Source: a plasmid. From it: DNA of 64,000 nt. The position numbers were made by a program, and so were the translations under genes. The notes under the pieces are model-generated. The model was not told the origin of the DNA. It made no database searches and saw only the letters and a program-made list of their open reading frames with translations. This document shows positions 45,450 to 53,761 of the stretch, in pieces; the stretch's first letter is position 1; every line of letters starts with the position of its first letter. Location of the stretch: the sequence record NZ_KX443406.1, one strand, 5' to 3'.

Positions 45450-46367
45450 GTGGTGACGACCCACAGCTCCAATGAGCCGATCCTGACCTGGCTATCCGCT
45501 GTACGCAGCAAGGCCAGCGACCTCCCGCACAGCGCACGGTCCGTCGCGCTCGCAATCCTCACGCACGTCCACCCTGAAACGGGAATGACACCGCCGCTCA
45601 GCTACGCGGCCCTGCAGCAGGAGGCCGGTTGCTCTCGCGGCACCCTGGTCGCCGCCCTGCGCCGCCTCGACGACGCCGGGATGATCCGTCGATTCGGCGC
45701 CCACCAGCAACTGAACGTCTACTCGTTGGCTGTGGATAACTCGCTGGCCAGCGCTGTCGAACCCGGTACAGAATTCGCACCGACCCCGGTACAGCCGCTG
45801 ACCGCTGCGGACCACGTCGGCAGCGATTCCGCACCGACCCCGGTCCAAATTTTGCACCACGAGAAAGAGCTTTTCTCTTCCTCTTCTCCTTCTCTCTCCT
45901 CGGTTGACCCCGATGCCCTGGGGACCGCTGCCCCGATCCCGCTGCCGCGGGACTGGGCACCGAATCCCCAGCATCTGCGCCGCGTCGCCGCACGAGGCCT
46001 CGACCTCGCGGCCGTGGTCGAAGCGTTCCGCCAGTACGCGGACGGGAAGACTCGCACGGGCGTCGACAAGTGGGACAAGGCGTTCGGCTGGTGGCTCAAG
46101 CCCGGCGAGGGCTGGGACAAGCACGTCGCCACACGGGCCGCAGCCGCCACTGCGCCATCGGAGCAGGCCTCTGCCAGCGAGGAGACGCCCGTCAAGCGCA
46201 CGAACCACCGTGGGATCAGCACCGTAATGCGCACACTGCAAGCCCAGGGCATCTCTGGCGCACGTGTTAGGGATCGGGTGGTCGAACTCCTCGACCAGGG
46301 CACCCCGGTCTACGAGATCGCGGGCATGATCGAGAACGAACTCTTCGCGCTACCTGTGGGGGCCTAA
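45450..46367 (+). CDS. winged-helix DNA-binding protein with internal tandem repeats (possible Rep or regulator)
   Basis: LSYAALQQEAGCSRGTLVAALRRLDDAGMIRR is a wHTH. Tandem repeat EFAPTPVQPLTAADHVGSDSAPTPVQILHHE. GTG 45450 after GAGAGGAA SD (alternative ATG 45390). Confidence 0.45.
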   Translation: MVTTHSSNEPILTWLSAVRSKASDLPHSARSVALAILTHVHPETGMTPPLSYAALQQEAGCSRGTLVAALRRLDDAGMIRRFGAHQQLNVYSLAVDNSLASAVEPGTEFAPTPVQPLTAADHVGSDSAPTPVQILHHEKELFSSSSPSLSSVDPDALGTAAPIPLPRDWAPNPQHLRRVAARGLDLAAVVEAFRQYADGKTRTGVDKWDKAFGWWLKPGEGWDKHVATRAAAATAPSEQASASEETPVKRTNHRGISTVMRTLQAQGISGARVRDRVVELLDQGTPVYEIAGMIENELFALPVGA

Positions 46368-46425
46368 CACCCGCGACGAAGGAGGGGGCTCGCGTGAGGT
46401 ACTCGGCGATCGACGCCGCCAGAGT

Positions 46426-46893
46426 GTGGGTGGGGGAGCAGCTGCGTTACCCGCAGCGGATCCCGCGGACGACCACGGTCCTCATTGGAGTGCGATTCCG
46501 TGGACGCTGCAACGGCGTCTCGAGGACGTCGCCCGCGCCAGTGGGACCATCGACTTCGGGTCATTGCCCCGGCGGCGATGGTTCTCGACCCGGTCGGCGC
46601 TGTCCGCGAGTGACCACACGACAGTCGCCAGCGCGAGCACGATGCTCCATTGGCCGACGCACGCCGATACCGACGAGACCCGGATCGTCACTCTCGCCGA
46701 AGGTGTCGTGGACCGAACCGCATCTCACCCCGCATGGACGATCCCCGCGGTGGGTGGCCGCCGATCGGTGATCGGGCTCCACATGGAGCTGCACGCGATC
46801 GCAGCCGCCGCGAACGAGTTGCTGACCCTTCGCAGCTCGACCCCGGATCTGCCGACTGCGGCCGGCGTTGCGACGCAGTCCCGAGAGGAATAG
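46426..46893 (+). CDS. hypothetical protein; frame continues after the TAG stop as a coiled-coil ORF to 47193
   Basis: GC3-rich frame. TAG at 46891-46893 is followed in the same frame by 100 GC3-rich codons ending TGA 47193 (…AEQLHQQMAGAELAAADARTAGEQLEEVEQNLRAQVDYLDTL…). Confidence 0.3.
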   Translation: MGGGAAALPAADPADDHGPHWSAIPWTLQRRLEDVARASGTIDFGSLPRRRWFSTRSALSASDHTTVASASTMLHWPTHADTDETRIVTLAEGVVDRTASHPAWTIPAVGGRRSVIGLHMELHAIAAAANELLTLRSSTPDLPTAAGVATQSREE

Positions 46894-47213
46894 AACCGTC
46901 GTCAGGTCCTCTTCGCGCAGAGCCGTTCGGCACTCAGCGATCGCGTCGCAGCACTCCGTGTCGTCGAGGACGCCCTCGACCGCGTCCACTCCGTTGCCGA
47001 GGAGCTGAGAACTGTCCAGCGCCTCTCCGCCGACACACACCTCGCCGAACAGCTCCACCAGCAGATGGCAGGCGCGGAGCTCGCGGCCGCCGATGCGCGC
47101 ACCGCCGGCGAACAGCTCGAAGAGGTCGAACAGAACCTTCGAGCGCAGGTGGACTACCTCGACACCCTCGTCTCGCGAACGCCGCGCCCCTGAGACCCGT
47201 AGAACGGCAAGAA

Positions 47214-47249
47214 GAAAGCCCCAGCCAGGGGGGATCGGCTGAGGCTTTC
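47214..47249. terminator. 13-bp stem hairpin (GAAAGCCCCAGCC-10nt-GGCTGAGGCTTTC, one mismatch)
   Basis: Seen in sequence, 20 bp after TGA 47193. Confidence 0.5.
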
Positions 47250-47496
47250 GTGCGAGTCCGCAGGACTCACTGGCTGAATCGGGGGGGATTCAAACTGCCG
47301 CCCGCAGTCTACCGTCACCACCCGACAAGACCGAGGCGCGTGACCAAGATCGCCAACCCGATGCCACGCGTTCGAACGACAGTGCTGCCGCGGCACCGCT
47401 ACGCGCCGCCTTGCCATCTATCACTCCCTGGTCACCAGAGCGCGGAGGCCGCGACGGCGCAGTGCCGGCGGGTAGAGTCACCTCGATCAATCCGCT

Positions 47497-47537
47497 GGGG
47501 CAGCCAGGCCCAAGCACGAACCCGGAAGGGAACTTTC
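47497..47537. promoter_or_regulatory. diverged copy of conserved leader cassette (GGGGCAGCCAGGCCCAAGC ... CCCGGAAGGGAACTTTC-ATG)
   Basis: Aligns to the GGGCATCAGGCCCAGC + CCCGGGAAGGG cassettes at 48007, 51251 and 56616. TAGAGT -10-like hexamer at 47473. Confidence 0.4.
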
Positions 47538-47909
47538 ATGGCCGACACGGACCGCCGCTCCGGCGCAGAACTGCGCGCTCGACGGGAGCTGCTCGGCCTC
47601 AACGCGCAGGAGACCGCCGCACTACTCGGTGTCGACGAACGCGTGATCCGAAGATGGGAACAAGGCAAGCCCATCCCCGAAGGAGTCGTCGCCGAACTCG
47701 CGCAACTCGAACAGGTCCAGGACGACGTGATCCGGGAACTCGAAGACGCCGGCAAAGACAGTGGCGTCATCACCACCTACAAGGGCGACGGCGTCGTACC
47801 CGACCGCCCCGAACTGCCTGCCCGCTGGCACCGCGTCGCGGCCGCAACCGCGGTCCGCAACCTCGCAGCCGAGGGAGTCGACACCCGAATCATCTACGCC
47901 GAAAGCTGA
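47538..47909 (+). CDS. XRE-type HTH regulator (123 aa)
   Basis: ATG 47538. LRARRELLGLNAQETAALLGVDERVIRRWEQGK. The long track ORF from 46650 is an off-frame extension. Confidence 0.6.
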   Translation: MADTDRRSGAELRARRELLGLNAQETAALLGVDERVIRRWEQGKPIPEGVVAELAQLEQVQDDVIRELEDAGKDSGVITTYKGDGVVPDRPELPARWHRVAAATAVRNLAAEGVDTRIIYAES

Positions 47910-47953
47910 CTACCAGGCGATACGTGCGGATCCGGTCCGTTCTGGCATTGTGC

Positions 47954-48050
47954 CGTTACAACGATTGAACGGCTAAACGTTGTAACGTAGAATGGTTGTA
48001 GCGAGCAGGGCATCAGGCCCAGCTCACGATCCCCGGGAAGGGGACTCCTC
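47954..48050. promoter_or_regulatory. leader cassette copy 1: inverted repeat CGTTACAACG-14nt-CGTTGTAACG, TAGAAT -10, 17-nt motif AGGGCATCAGGCCCAGC (48007-48023), SD CCCGGGAAGGGG
   Basis: All elements read directly. The 17-nt motif is identical in three copies and contains the hairpin GGGC-AUCA-GCCC. Confidence 0.6.
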
Positions 48051-48242
48051 ATGCACGACTATGTCGTGGCGATCAGCCATCGCGACGGTGACCACGTCGG
48101 CTCCGTCAAAGTCTCAGCAGCGTCAGCGCCCGATGCGGCGGACGCCGGAATCTTGACCATGCTCGACGGGCGGCCGTTGCCGTCGAGCGACTACCGGGCG
48201 ATCGCCGTTCCGCTGCGCCAGCTCGCACCGGCCTCCCACTGA
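48051..48242 (+). CDS. small hypothetical protein (63 aa)
   Basis: GC3-rich ORF immediately after leader cassette copy 1. Confidence 0.5.
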   Translation: MHDYVVAISHRDGDHVGSVKVSAASAPDAADAGILTMLDGRPLPSSDYRAIAVPLRQLAPASH

Positions 48243-48319
48243 CCTTCGGATCGGCGGGGCGCCCGACGGCAAGCCCCGCCGATCCCTCTCCTTGACCAGC
48301 CCTGGAAAGGGACACGGCA

Positions 48320-49318
48320 ATGAATCTTGCAATCGAATCATCCGGCACCCCAACGGACGAGCTGTTCAACAACCTCTCGAACATCCTCAGCACCGTCGCG
48401 TGGGCCGGCATGGCTCTCGGGGTCATCATCATGGTCGTCAGCATGGGTCGGTTGGCTTTCGCCTACGACTCCTACGCCTGGTCCAGTGCCCTTCGCGGAA
48501 TCATCGGGGGAGTGGGAGCCATCGTCGGCTTCGGACTCGCCGCACTACTCGGTGCGGCCGGCTCCGCCTCCGACGCTCCCGCCGAGCCAGCAGAATCAGA
48601 ACCGTCCCCGGCTCCGCAGCCGGTTCCGATCCCGACCCCGGCCCCTGATCCGACCCCGACTGACGTCGGCGACTCCACCCCCGCTGGTTTCGACATCAAT
48701 CCCATGATCCTGCTCGCTGCCTTCGGCGCGATCGGGTTCGTCGTCGTCACCTGGTTCGCCGTGTCCAACTTGCGAGCCCGCCGCGCCGAGCGCCGCGAGG
48801 AGCGAGAAGCCCGCGAGCGCGACTGGGCGACCGGTCAGGCCGTGTACAAGGGCGTCCTCGACGACTACAGCGCCTATCTGCTCGATCCCTTCGCGTGGCT
48901 CCAACGGCCCATCCTCGAAGACGTCGACGAGCCGCTGACGGCCGCGTTCCTCGAAGCGCTCGCCCACGCCCAGGCGCTCGACCTCGACGTCGTCCCCGCC
49001 GACCAGAACCGAATCGACCAGTTCCGCACCGCGGCCCACGAACTCCGGGCAGCCTGGGACAAGGCCGACGAGAACGCCCGCCGCATCGGCACCAGCATCT
49101 ACGAGCGGTCCAGCCGCAACAAGCTCCGCAAGGCCGCCTACGCGCTCCGCACCGCACTCGACACCTCCGCCACCGCAGCAGAGCGTCAAGCCGCCACCGA
49201 GACCGTCAAGCGACTGACAGACGGCCTGGTCAAAGCGCCCGAACGCGTCCTCAGTGCCGTCACCGCGGCCATCGACACAGCACGTCGCAAGGAACTCCCT
49301 GTCGGACTCAACCAGTAG
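48320..49318 (+). CDS. membrane protein with Pro-rich linker and cytoplasmic coiled-coil domain
   Basis: Two TM segments separated by the PAEPAESEPSPAPQPVPIPTPAPDPTPTD linker; the C-terminal 200 aa are helical and charged. Confidence 0.5.
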   Translation: MNLAIESSGTPTDELFNNLSNILSTVAWAGMALGVIIMVVSMGRLAFAYDSYAWSSALRGIIGGVGAIVGFGLAALLGAAGSASDAPAEPAESEPSPAPQPVPIPTPAPDPTPTDVGDSTPAGFDINPMILLAAFGAIGFVVVTWFAVSNLRARRAERREEREARERDWATGQAVYKGVLDDYSAYLLDPFAWLQRPILEDVDEPLTAAFLEALAHAQALDLDVVPADQNRIDQFRTAAHELRAAWDKADENARRIGTSIYERSSRNKLRKAAYALRTALDTSATAAERQAATETVKRLTDGLVKAPERVLSAVTAAIDTARRKELPVGLNQ

Positions 49319-49357
49319 CTTGTAGACCGAGCCCCCACCAGACGCAGAACGGACTCC

Positions 49358-49669
49358 ATGGATCAGATGAACGCATTCACATGGATCGGCCTCGCCCTCC
49401 TCATCGTCGGCGGCGGCATCGTGATCTGGGTGTCGCCGATGGTGCTCGCCCTACAAGCCAAGGGGCTTCCCGGAGGGAAGTACCGCACCCGGCACGGCAT
49501 CGGGCTCGGGCTCGCCGCATTTGGCGCCATCCTGATGAACATCGGCACGCTGAGCTCGAGCGCCGGCGTCGCGATGAAGATCGCCGCCCTCGCGGCCGCA
49601 GTGATCCTGCTGGGAACACTGGTATGGGCCACTGTGCGGATGCGCGACCAGAGCGGAGCAGCTGAGTAA
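49358..49669 (+). CDS. small membrane protein (103 aa, 3 TM)
   Basis: Hydrophobic ORF with GC3 bias. Confidence 0.45.
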   Translation: MDQMNAFTWIGLALLIVGGGIVIWVSPMVLALQAKGLPGGKYRTRHGIGLGLAAFGAILMNIGTLSSSAGVAMKIAALAAAVILLGTLVWATVRMRDQSGAAE

Positions 49670-49734
49670 CCACCGGGACCGACAAGAAGGCGGGGCACAT
49701 GCCCCGCCTTCTTTGTGTCTATATGGCTCCCGAT

Positions 49735-50310
49735 CTACTCCGGTGCGGGCGGCGGGGGCCCGATCACGGGGGGAGGGGGAGCCTTCGGCAGCGGCGGCAG
49801 CGGTTTGCCTCCCAGATATTCCAGGGCGTTTCGAACCAGTCCGGGTTCGGCCTCTGCGACGACGCGGCGGCGCTCCTTGATTCGCCGCCAGGTGCGTATG
49901 CGTCCGATCCTTGGGTGCCAGACCACGCTTTGAAGGTCCCACGCGGCCTCGCGCGATAACCGGGTTAGCTCCGGACCAATTTTGCCTGCGTCGTAGTCGA
50001 GAGGTTGATCTTCCGCATCTTGCAGGCTCTTCCACCACGCTACATATGCGAGCAGTTTGTAGTGCTCGACAACGTTTCTCGGGGTTGCGGCAACGATCGC
50101 CGCCTTCTCCAACTCAGCGATCGCCTGCTGAAAGGGCGGGGCGTCCGGGAGGTCGCTGGGGCCGGCCCACCGAGCGGCCTCGCAGTCGGCCAATCGACGC
50201 AGGACCTCGCTGCGCACCTGCCGTCGCCCTTGGGCGCCGATCAAATACTGACCGACGAATGACCCGATACCGAGCGCGCCAAGGATGGATGCGAAAGCGG
50301 AGAGGTCCAC
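49735..50310 (-). CDS. hypothetical protein with N-terminal TM and Pro-rich C-terminus
   Basis: ORF on minus strand with GC3 bias; ends PLPPLPKAPPPPVIGPPPPAPE. Confidence 0.4.
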   Translation of the reverse strand: MDLSAFASILGALGIGSFVGQYLIGAQGRRQVRSEVLRRLADCEAARWAGPSDLPDAPPFQQAIAELEKAAIVAATPRNVVEHYKLLAYVAWWKSLQDAEDQPLDYDAGKIGPELTRLSREAAWDLQSVVWHPRIGRIRTWRRIKERRRVVAEAEPGLVRNALEYLGGKPLPPLPKAPPPPVIGPPPPAPE

Positions 50311-50408
50311 CAGCGCAGACTAGCCCGCGCCGCGGCACAACTAGTGTCCTCGAGATGACGACAGGTCGAGATGAAGGATCACGCTCGAAGTGGACGCGCG
50401 GTACTCGA

Positions 50409-51005
50409 ATGTGGGGGGCCGCGACTGTCTTCGCGGTACTCGTCCTTTGGGGAGGCACGCAGCTGGCCATTGCACGGGGGCAAGATGTGGCCTGGTACAC
50501 GGGATTCGGCCAGTGGCTCGGTGCGCTGGGTAGCCTGATCGCAGCCGCCGTAGCGTTGGGAATCGCCACCACGGACCGGCGCCAGGCCGCGAAGCTGCGG
50601 ACGGCTGAGCAAGACGACCGCGACGCAGACCTAGCCCGCGAAGCAGGGCTGGTACGGATTCAAATCGAACACGTGCAGGATGGTGTTCCGCCGATGCCCG
50701 TGAAGGCCATCACCGTGAGGAACTGGAGGCAGTCCCGACTGTTCGAAGTGGAACTGGTGAGGATCGCGGTGACCAGCGCGCAAACGAAGGCTGAGATCGG
50801 AAGTGTCCGGATGCACTTCCCCAACGGTCGGAGCTGGGGGGTAAACAAGCATGACGTGAAGCTGACACCGATCGACCACGGGATGACTTTGTGGGTCTTC
50901 CCAATGAACGGTGCTGTGCCGAAATACGGGGCGCTCCAATACACCGATGAAGCCGGGCGGCGGTGGGAGGTCGACACCAAGGGGATCATCGCGCGGAAGC
51001 TGTAG
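50409..51005 (+). CDS. hypothetical membrane-anchored protein
   Basis: ATG 50409 (MWGAATVFAVLVLWGG...); two N-terminal TM helices then a beta-rich domain. Confidence 0.4.
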   Translation: MWGAATVFAVLVLWGGTQLAIARGQDVAWYTGFGQWLGALGSLIAAAVALGIATTDRRQAAKLRTAEQDDRDADLAREAGLVRIQIEHVQDGVPPMPVKAITVRNWRQSRLFEVELVRIAVTSAQTKAEIGSVRMHFPNGRSWGVNKHDVKLTPIDHGMTLWVFPMNGAVPKYGALQYTDEAGRRWEVDTKGIIARKL

Positions 51006-51194
51006 GGACTGAGGTTCCTGCCCCGCCGGGTCGTCATTATCGCGGCGGCTCGTCGCTGCGTACCCCTGGCCCGCTCCGCTCTACCAGGGGCAATGCCTAC
51101 CTGCGGCAGGTACTGCACTCCTCGTCCACCGCACCATTCGTCTCTTGCCGGCGGGGCCGGGGAACGGTTGAAACAACACCGAAAAACAGGCCGC

Positions 51195-51291
51195 CATCAG
51201 GCATTACGTATTGCAAACAGCTATATTGTTGGATAGAATGAGAGGGCGGTAGGGCATCAGGCCCAGCCGCCGACACCCGGGAGGGAAACTC
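51195..51291. promoter_or_regulatory. leader cassette copy 2: TAGAAT -10 (51234-51239), motif AGGGCATCAGGCCCAGC (51251-51267), SD CCCGGGAGGGAAA
   Basis: Read directly; same spacing as copy 1. Confidence 0.6.
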
Positions 51292-51585
51292 ATGGACACC
51301 GATCTGATCGAGCAGACCGTCATCGTCACCGCAACCATCGCCCAGGAGGCGGACGGCCACACCAACACGGTCGACCTCGAGGCGCACCTGGACGGCGCAG
51401 GCTGCGTCCTCCCGCCCGTCTGGGCGCAGAGTCTCGTTGCCGCGCAGGCCGACCCGGGGGAGTGGAGCACTGACATCGCCGACCGGGTCCTCGCGGGCCA
51501 CGGATACCGCCGCACCGACGAGTGGCTCGATGACGACAGCGGATGCTGGACCGCGACCGTCGAGCACATCGCCAGCGCATCCTGA
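51292..51585 (+). CDS. small acidic hypothetical protein (97 aa)
   Basis: GC3-rich ORF directly downstream of leader cassette copy 2. Confidence 0.5.
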   Translation: MDTDLIEQTVIVTATIAQEADGHTNTVDLEAHLDGAGCVLPPVWAQSLVAAQADPGEWSTDIADRVLAGHGYRRTDEWLDDDSGCWTATVEHIASAS

Positions 51586-51658
51586 CACCATCGGATACCG
51601 GCAGCAGTTGGGCCGGGCCACTGGGTTCCGGCCCAACGCATACGAGGGGGAGAGCCAC

Positions 51659-52228
51659 ATGCAGGACGTCGAGCACGACGAGACGAACGCGTTCGTCGAC
51701 GAGCCGACCGACGACCCGGGCAGCGAGTACACCGAGCCCGAACTCGACCCCAAGGCTCACATGCTCTGCGCCGCCGTGTGGACCCGAGACGACACCACCT
51801 TGAGGTTCGTCGTCGAGCGGATGACCGAGGCCGACTTCGCGAACCCCTTCCACCGCCCTGTTTTCGCGGCGATCCGGGATGCGGTGCTGGCCGGCCACCC
51901 GCACGACCCGGCTAGCGTCAGCATGGCGCTCGGTCGCGCAGGCAGCCAGGCCGTACCGGCCGCCGTCCACAACCACTTCCGCGCGGCGCTCACCCTGGGG
52001 TCGTCCGCGGGCGCGCTGCGCTACTACGCCGCTGACGTCGTCGCTGTTGCGTACCGACGGAGCTTCCATGAGCTGGCGGCCACGATGGCGCACGCGGCAG
52101 CCGGGGCCGCGGAAGATCAACTGTTCCCGATCCTGGTCGACCTGGGCACCCGGCAGCGCAGCGAGATGAATCGACTCCGGTCCCTCCGCGACGACCCACT
52201 GCCCACGACGGCGACCGACCAGGCGTGA
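51659..52228 (+). CDS. DnaB-helicase N-terminal-domain protein (stand-alone)
   Basis: ATG 51659 after GAGGGGGAG SD. AHMLCAAVWTRDDTTLRFVVERMTEADFANPFHRPVFAAIRDAV ... RYYAADVVAVAYRRSFHELAA matches the DnaB N-terminal domain pattern; no ATPase domain follows. Confidence 0.5.
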   Translation: MQDVEHDETNAFVDEPTDDPGSEYTEPELDPKAHMLCAAVWTRDDTTLRFVVERMTEADFANPFHRPVFAAIRDAVLAGHPHDPASVSMALGRAGSQAVPAAVHNHFRAALTLGSSAGALRYYAADVVAVAYRRSFHELAATMAHAAAGAAEDQLFPILVDLGTRQRSEMNRLRSLRDDPLPTTATDQA

Positions 52229-52274
52229 CGCGGGGTCCAGGCTGCAATATTCCCGTTCGCAATAGGATGGGCGC

Positions 52275-52859
52275 ATGATGATCGGATACGCGCGGGCCGA
52301 GGAAGGCCACGACGAGGACCAGCAACGCTCGTCGCTCGTCGCGCTGGGAGTCCAGCCCGATCACATCCATATCGACCGCGGTCTACGCGGGACCAGGAAC
52401 GACCTGCCCGCCCGCACGGCCATGCTCGCACGCCTCACCGCCGGCGACGTCATCGCGGTCACCGGACTCGAGCGACTGGCCCGCTCCGCTGCCGAGCTGG
52501 GCGAAGTCGCTGGCGTGATCGAGCAGCGCGGCGCATCACTTCGCGTCGGATCGACCGTTTACGACCCGGACACCGAGACCGGCCGCACCGCGTTCGCCAT
52601 GCTCACCCAGACCTTCCCCGACTTCCAAGCCGGAATCTTCCAACTTCGGCTGTCCGGGCCGCGCGCGAAAGCCAAAGCTGCAGGACGGTATCCGGGCGGC
52701 AAGGCGAAGCTCACACCAGAGCAGAGCCGTGCAATGTTCGAGCAGTACCAGTCCGGCGAGAAGACAGTCGCCGACCTGCAGAAGGAACACGGGCTGAGCA
52801 AGTCCGGTGTGTACGTGTACCTGCGGCAGGAACGCGACGCCCGCAACAACACTGCCTAG
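52275..52859 (+). CDS. serine-recombinase (resolvase/invertase) homologue lacking the catalytic serine; C-terminal HTH
   Basis: MMIGYARAEEGHDEDQQ replaces IGYARVSTxxQ. Otherwise clear resolvase similarity (DVIAVTGLERLARS ; GIFQLRLSGPRAKAKAAGRYPGGKAKL) and an HTH (TVADLQKEHGLSKSGVYVYLR). Confidence 0.6.
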   Translation: MMIGYARAEEGHDEDQQRSSLVALGVQPDHIHIDRGLRGTRNDLPARTAMLARLTAGDVIAVTGLERLARSAAELGEVAGVIEQRGASLRVGSTVYDPDTETGRTAFAMLTQTFPDFQAGIFQLRLSGPRAKAKAAGRYPGGKAKLTPEQSRAMFEQYQSGEKTVADLQKEHGLSKSGVYVYLRQERDARNNTA

Positions 52860-53042
52860 ACCACGCAATCGGAATTGCCCTCGCTCCTGCCGATACCTGT
52901 TCGGGCCGCACCTCGACTGAGCCGGAGATTGCCGCTGGGTATCAAAGGAGACGAACGTGCCCTACCCCCAGTGGGTGGTGGCGGACGATGGACTCGCCCC
53001 CGACGCAAACCCAGGCAGAGCACGCCCACTGAGGAGGCTGCG

Positions 53043-53126
53043 ATGTTCGATCTTCCGTTCTGGGGGCCGCTCACGCCCGTGGTGATCGCAGTGGCCAACG
53101 CGCTCGACTGGCTGGGGGTGTGGTGA
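53043..53126 (+). CDS. tiny Trp-rich hydrophobic peptide (27 aa), first of four tandem
   Basis: MFDLPFWGPLTPVVIAVANALDWLGVW. Stop overlaps the next ATG (TGATG). Confidence 0.3.
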   Translation: MFDLPFWGPLTPVVIAVANALDWLGVW

Positions 53127-53212
53127 TGGCACCGCTCGGCGGCGTCCTCGTCCCGGAGTGGCTGTACGACGTGCTCTACCAACTCTGGCTATGGGGCATT
53201 CCGCCGCACTAG
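53126..53212 (+). CDS. tiny Trp-rich peptide (28 aa)
   Basis: MAPLGGVLVPEWLYDVLYQLWLWGIPPH; translationally coupled to the preceding peptide; AGGAGAG SD follows for the next. Confidence 0.3.
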   Translation: MAPLGGVLVPEWLYDVLYQLWLWGIPPH

Positions 53213-53226
53213 CAGGAGAGAAGCTC

Positions 53227-53331
53227 ATGGGTGACACGTTCTGGTTTCTGCCGTTGCCATTCGAGACGCTCCGATGGCTGGCTGCGACGTACCCATGCCT
53301 GGTCGACTTCCGCCAGGCGTGTGGGCGATAA
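53227..53331 (+). CDS. tiny Trp/Phe-rich peptide (34 aa)
   Basis: MGDTFWFLPLPFETLRWLAATYPCLVDFRQACGR after AGGAGAGAAGCTC-ATG. Confidence 0.3.
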   Translation: MGDTFWFLPLPFETLRWLAATYPCLVDFRQACGR

Positions 53332-53341
53332 GGAGACGGTC

Positions 53342-53449
53342 ATGCTCGACTACGGATTCTTCGGCCGCACCCTCGGCCCTCTCGGCGAGGCGATGGACAT
53401 TGTCATCTACTGGATCGCCACAGGCGTGCGGCTGATGCCGCACGCATAG
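53342..53449 (+). CDS. tiny hydrophobic peptide (35 aa)
   Basis: MLDYGFFGRTLGPLGEAMDIVIYWIATGVRLMPHA after AAGGAGACGGTC-ATG. Confidence 0.3.
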   Translation: MLDYGFFGRTLGPLGEAMDIVIYWIATGVRLMPHA

Positions 53450-53486
53450 CGCGCGAATCACCGAGGCCCTTCTCGACAATTTCCCC

Positions 53487-53761
53487 GGGGTGCGTTGCAC
53501 CGTTGTGCGCCTGTGGCGCACCCCGAAACGAGCTCCGCTGCGCTCCGCCCCTGGAAAAGACTTCTTCCTTTTTCCCTTCTGGCTTCCGATTTTGACCGGC
53601 GGTGACCTCCGCGCAACCCCTTGGCGCTGCGCGGCCTGACGGCTCCGAAAATTCTCTCCCCCGCTGCGCTCCTCCAAGATTTTTCGACCCCAGGGGTTGC
53701 ACTCCGGCCCCCTCATACCGGTCCAAATACTCCATGCCAGAAGGGCAAAAGAACGGGCGGG
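53487..53761 (+). repeat. 274-bp direct repeat, copy B
   Basis: See copy A (12007..12280); 3 mismatches. Confidence 0.9.

Noticed and set aside
46650-47537. Upstream 296 codons of the 419-aa ORF ending in the XRE regulator
   Set aside because: Arg/Pro-rich off-frame translation overlapping another frame with better GC3 periodicity. The regulator starts at ATG 47538, which has a good SD and the leader-like motif.
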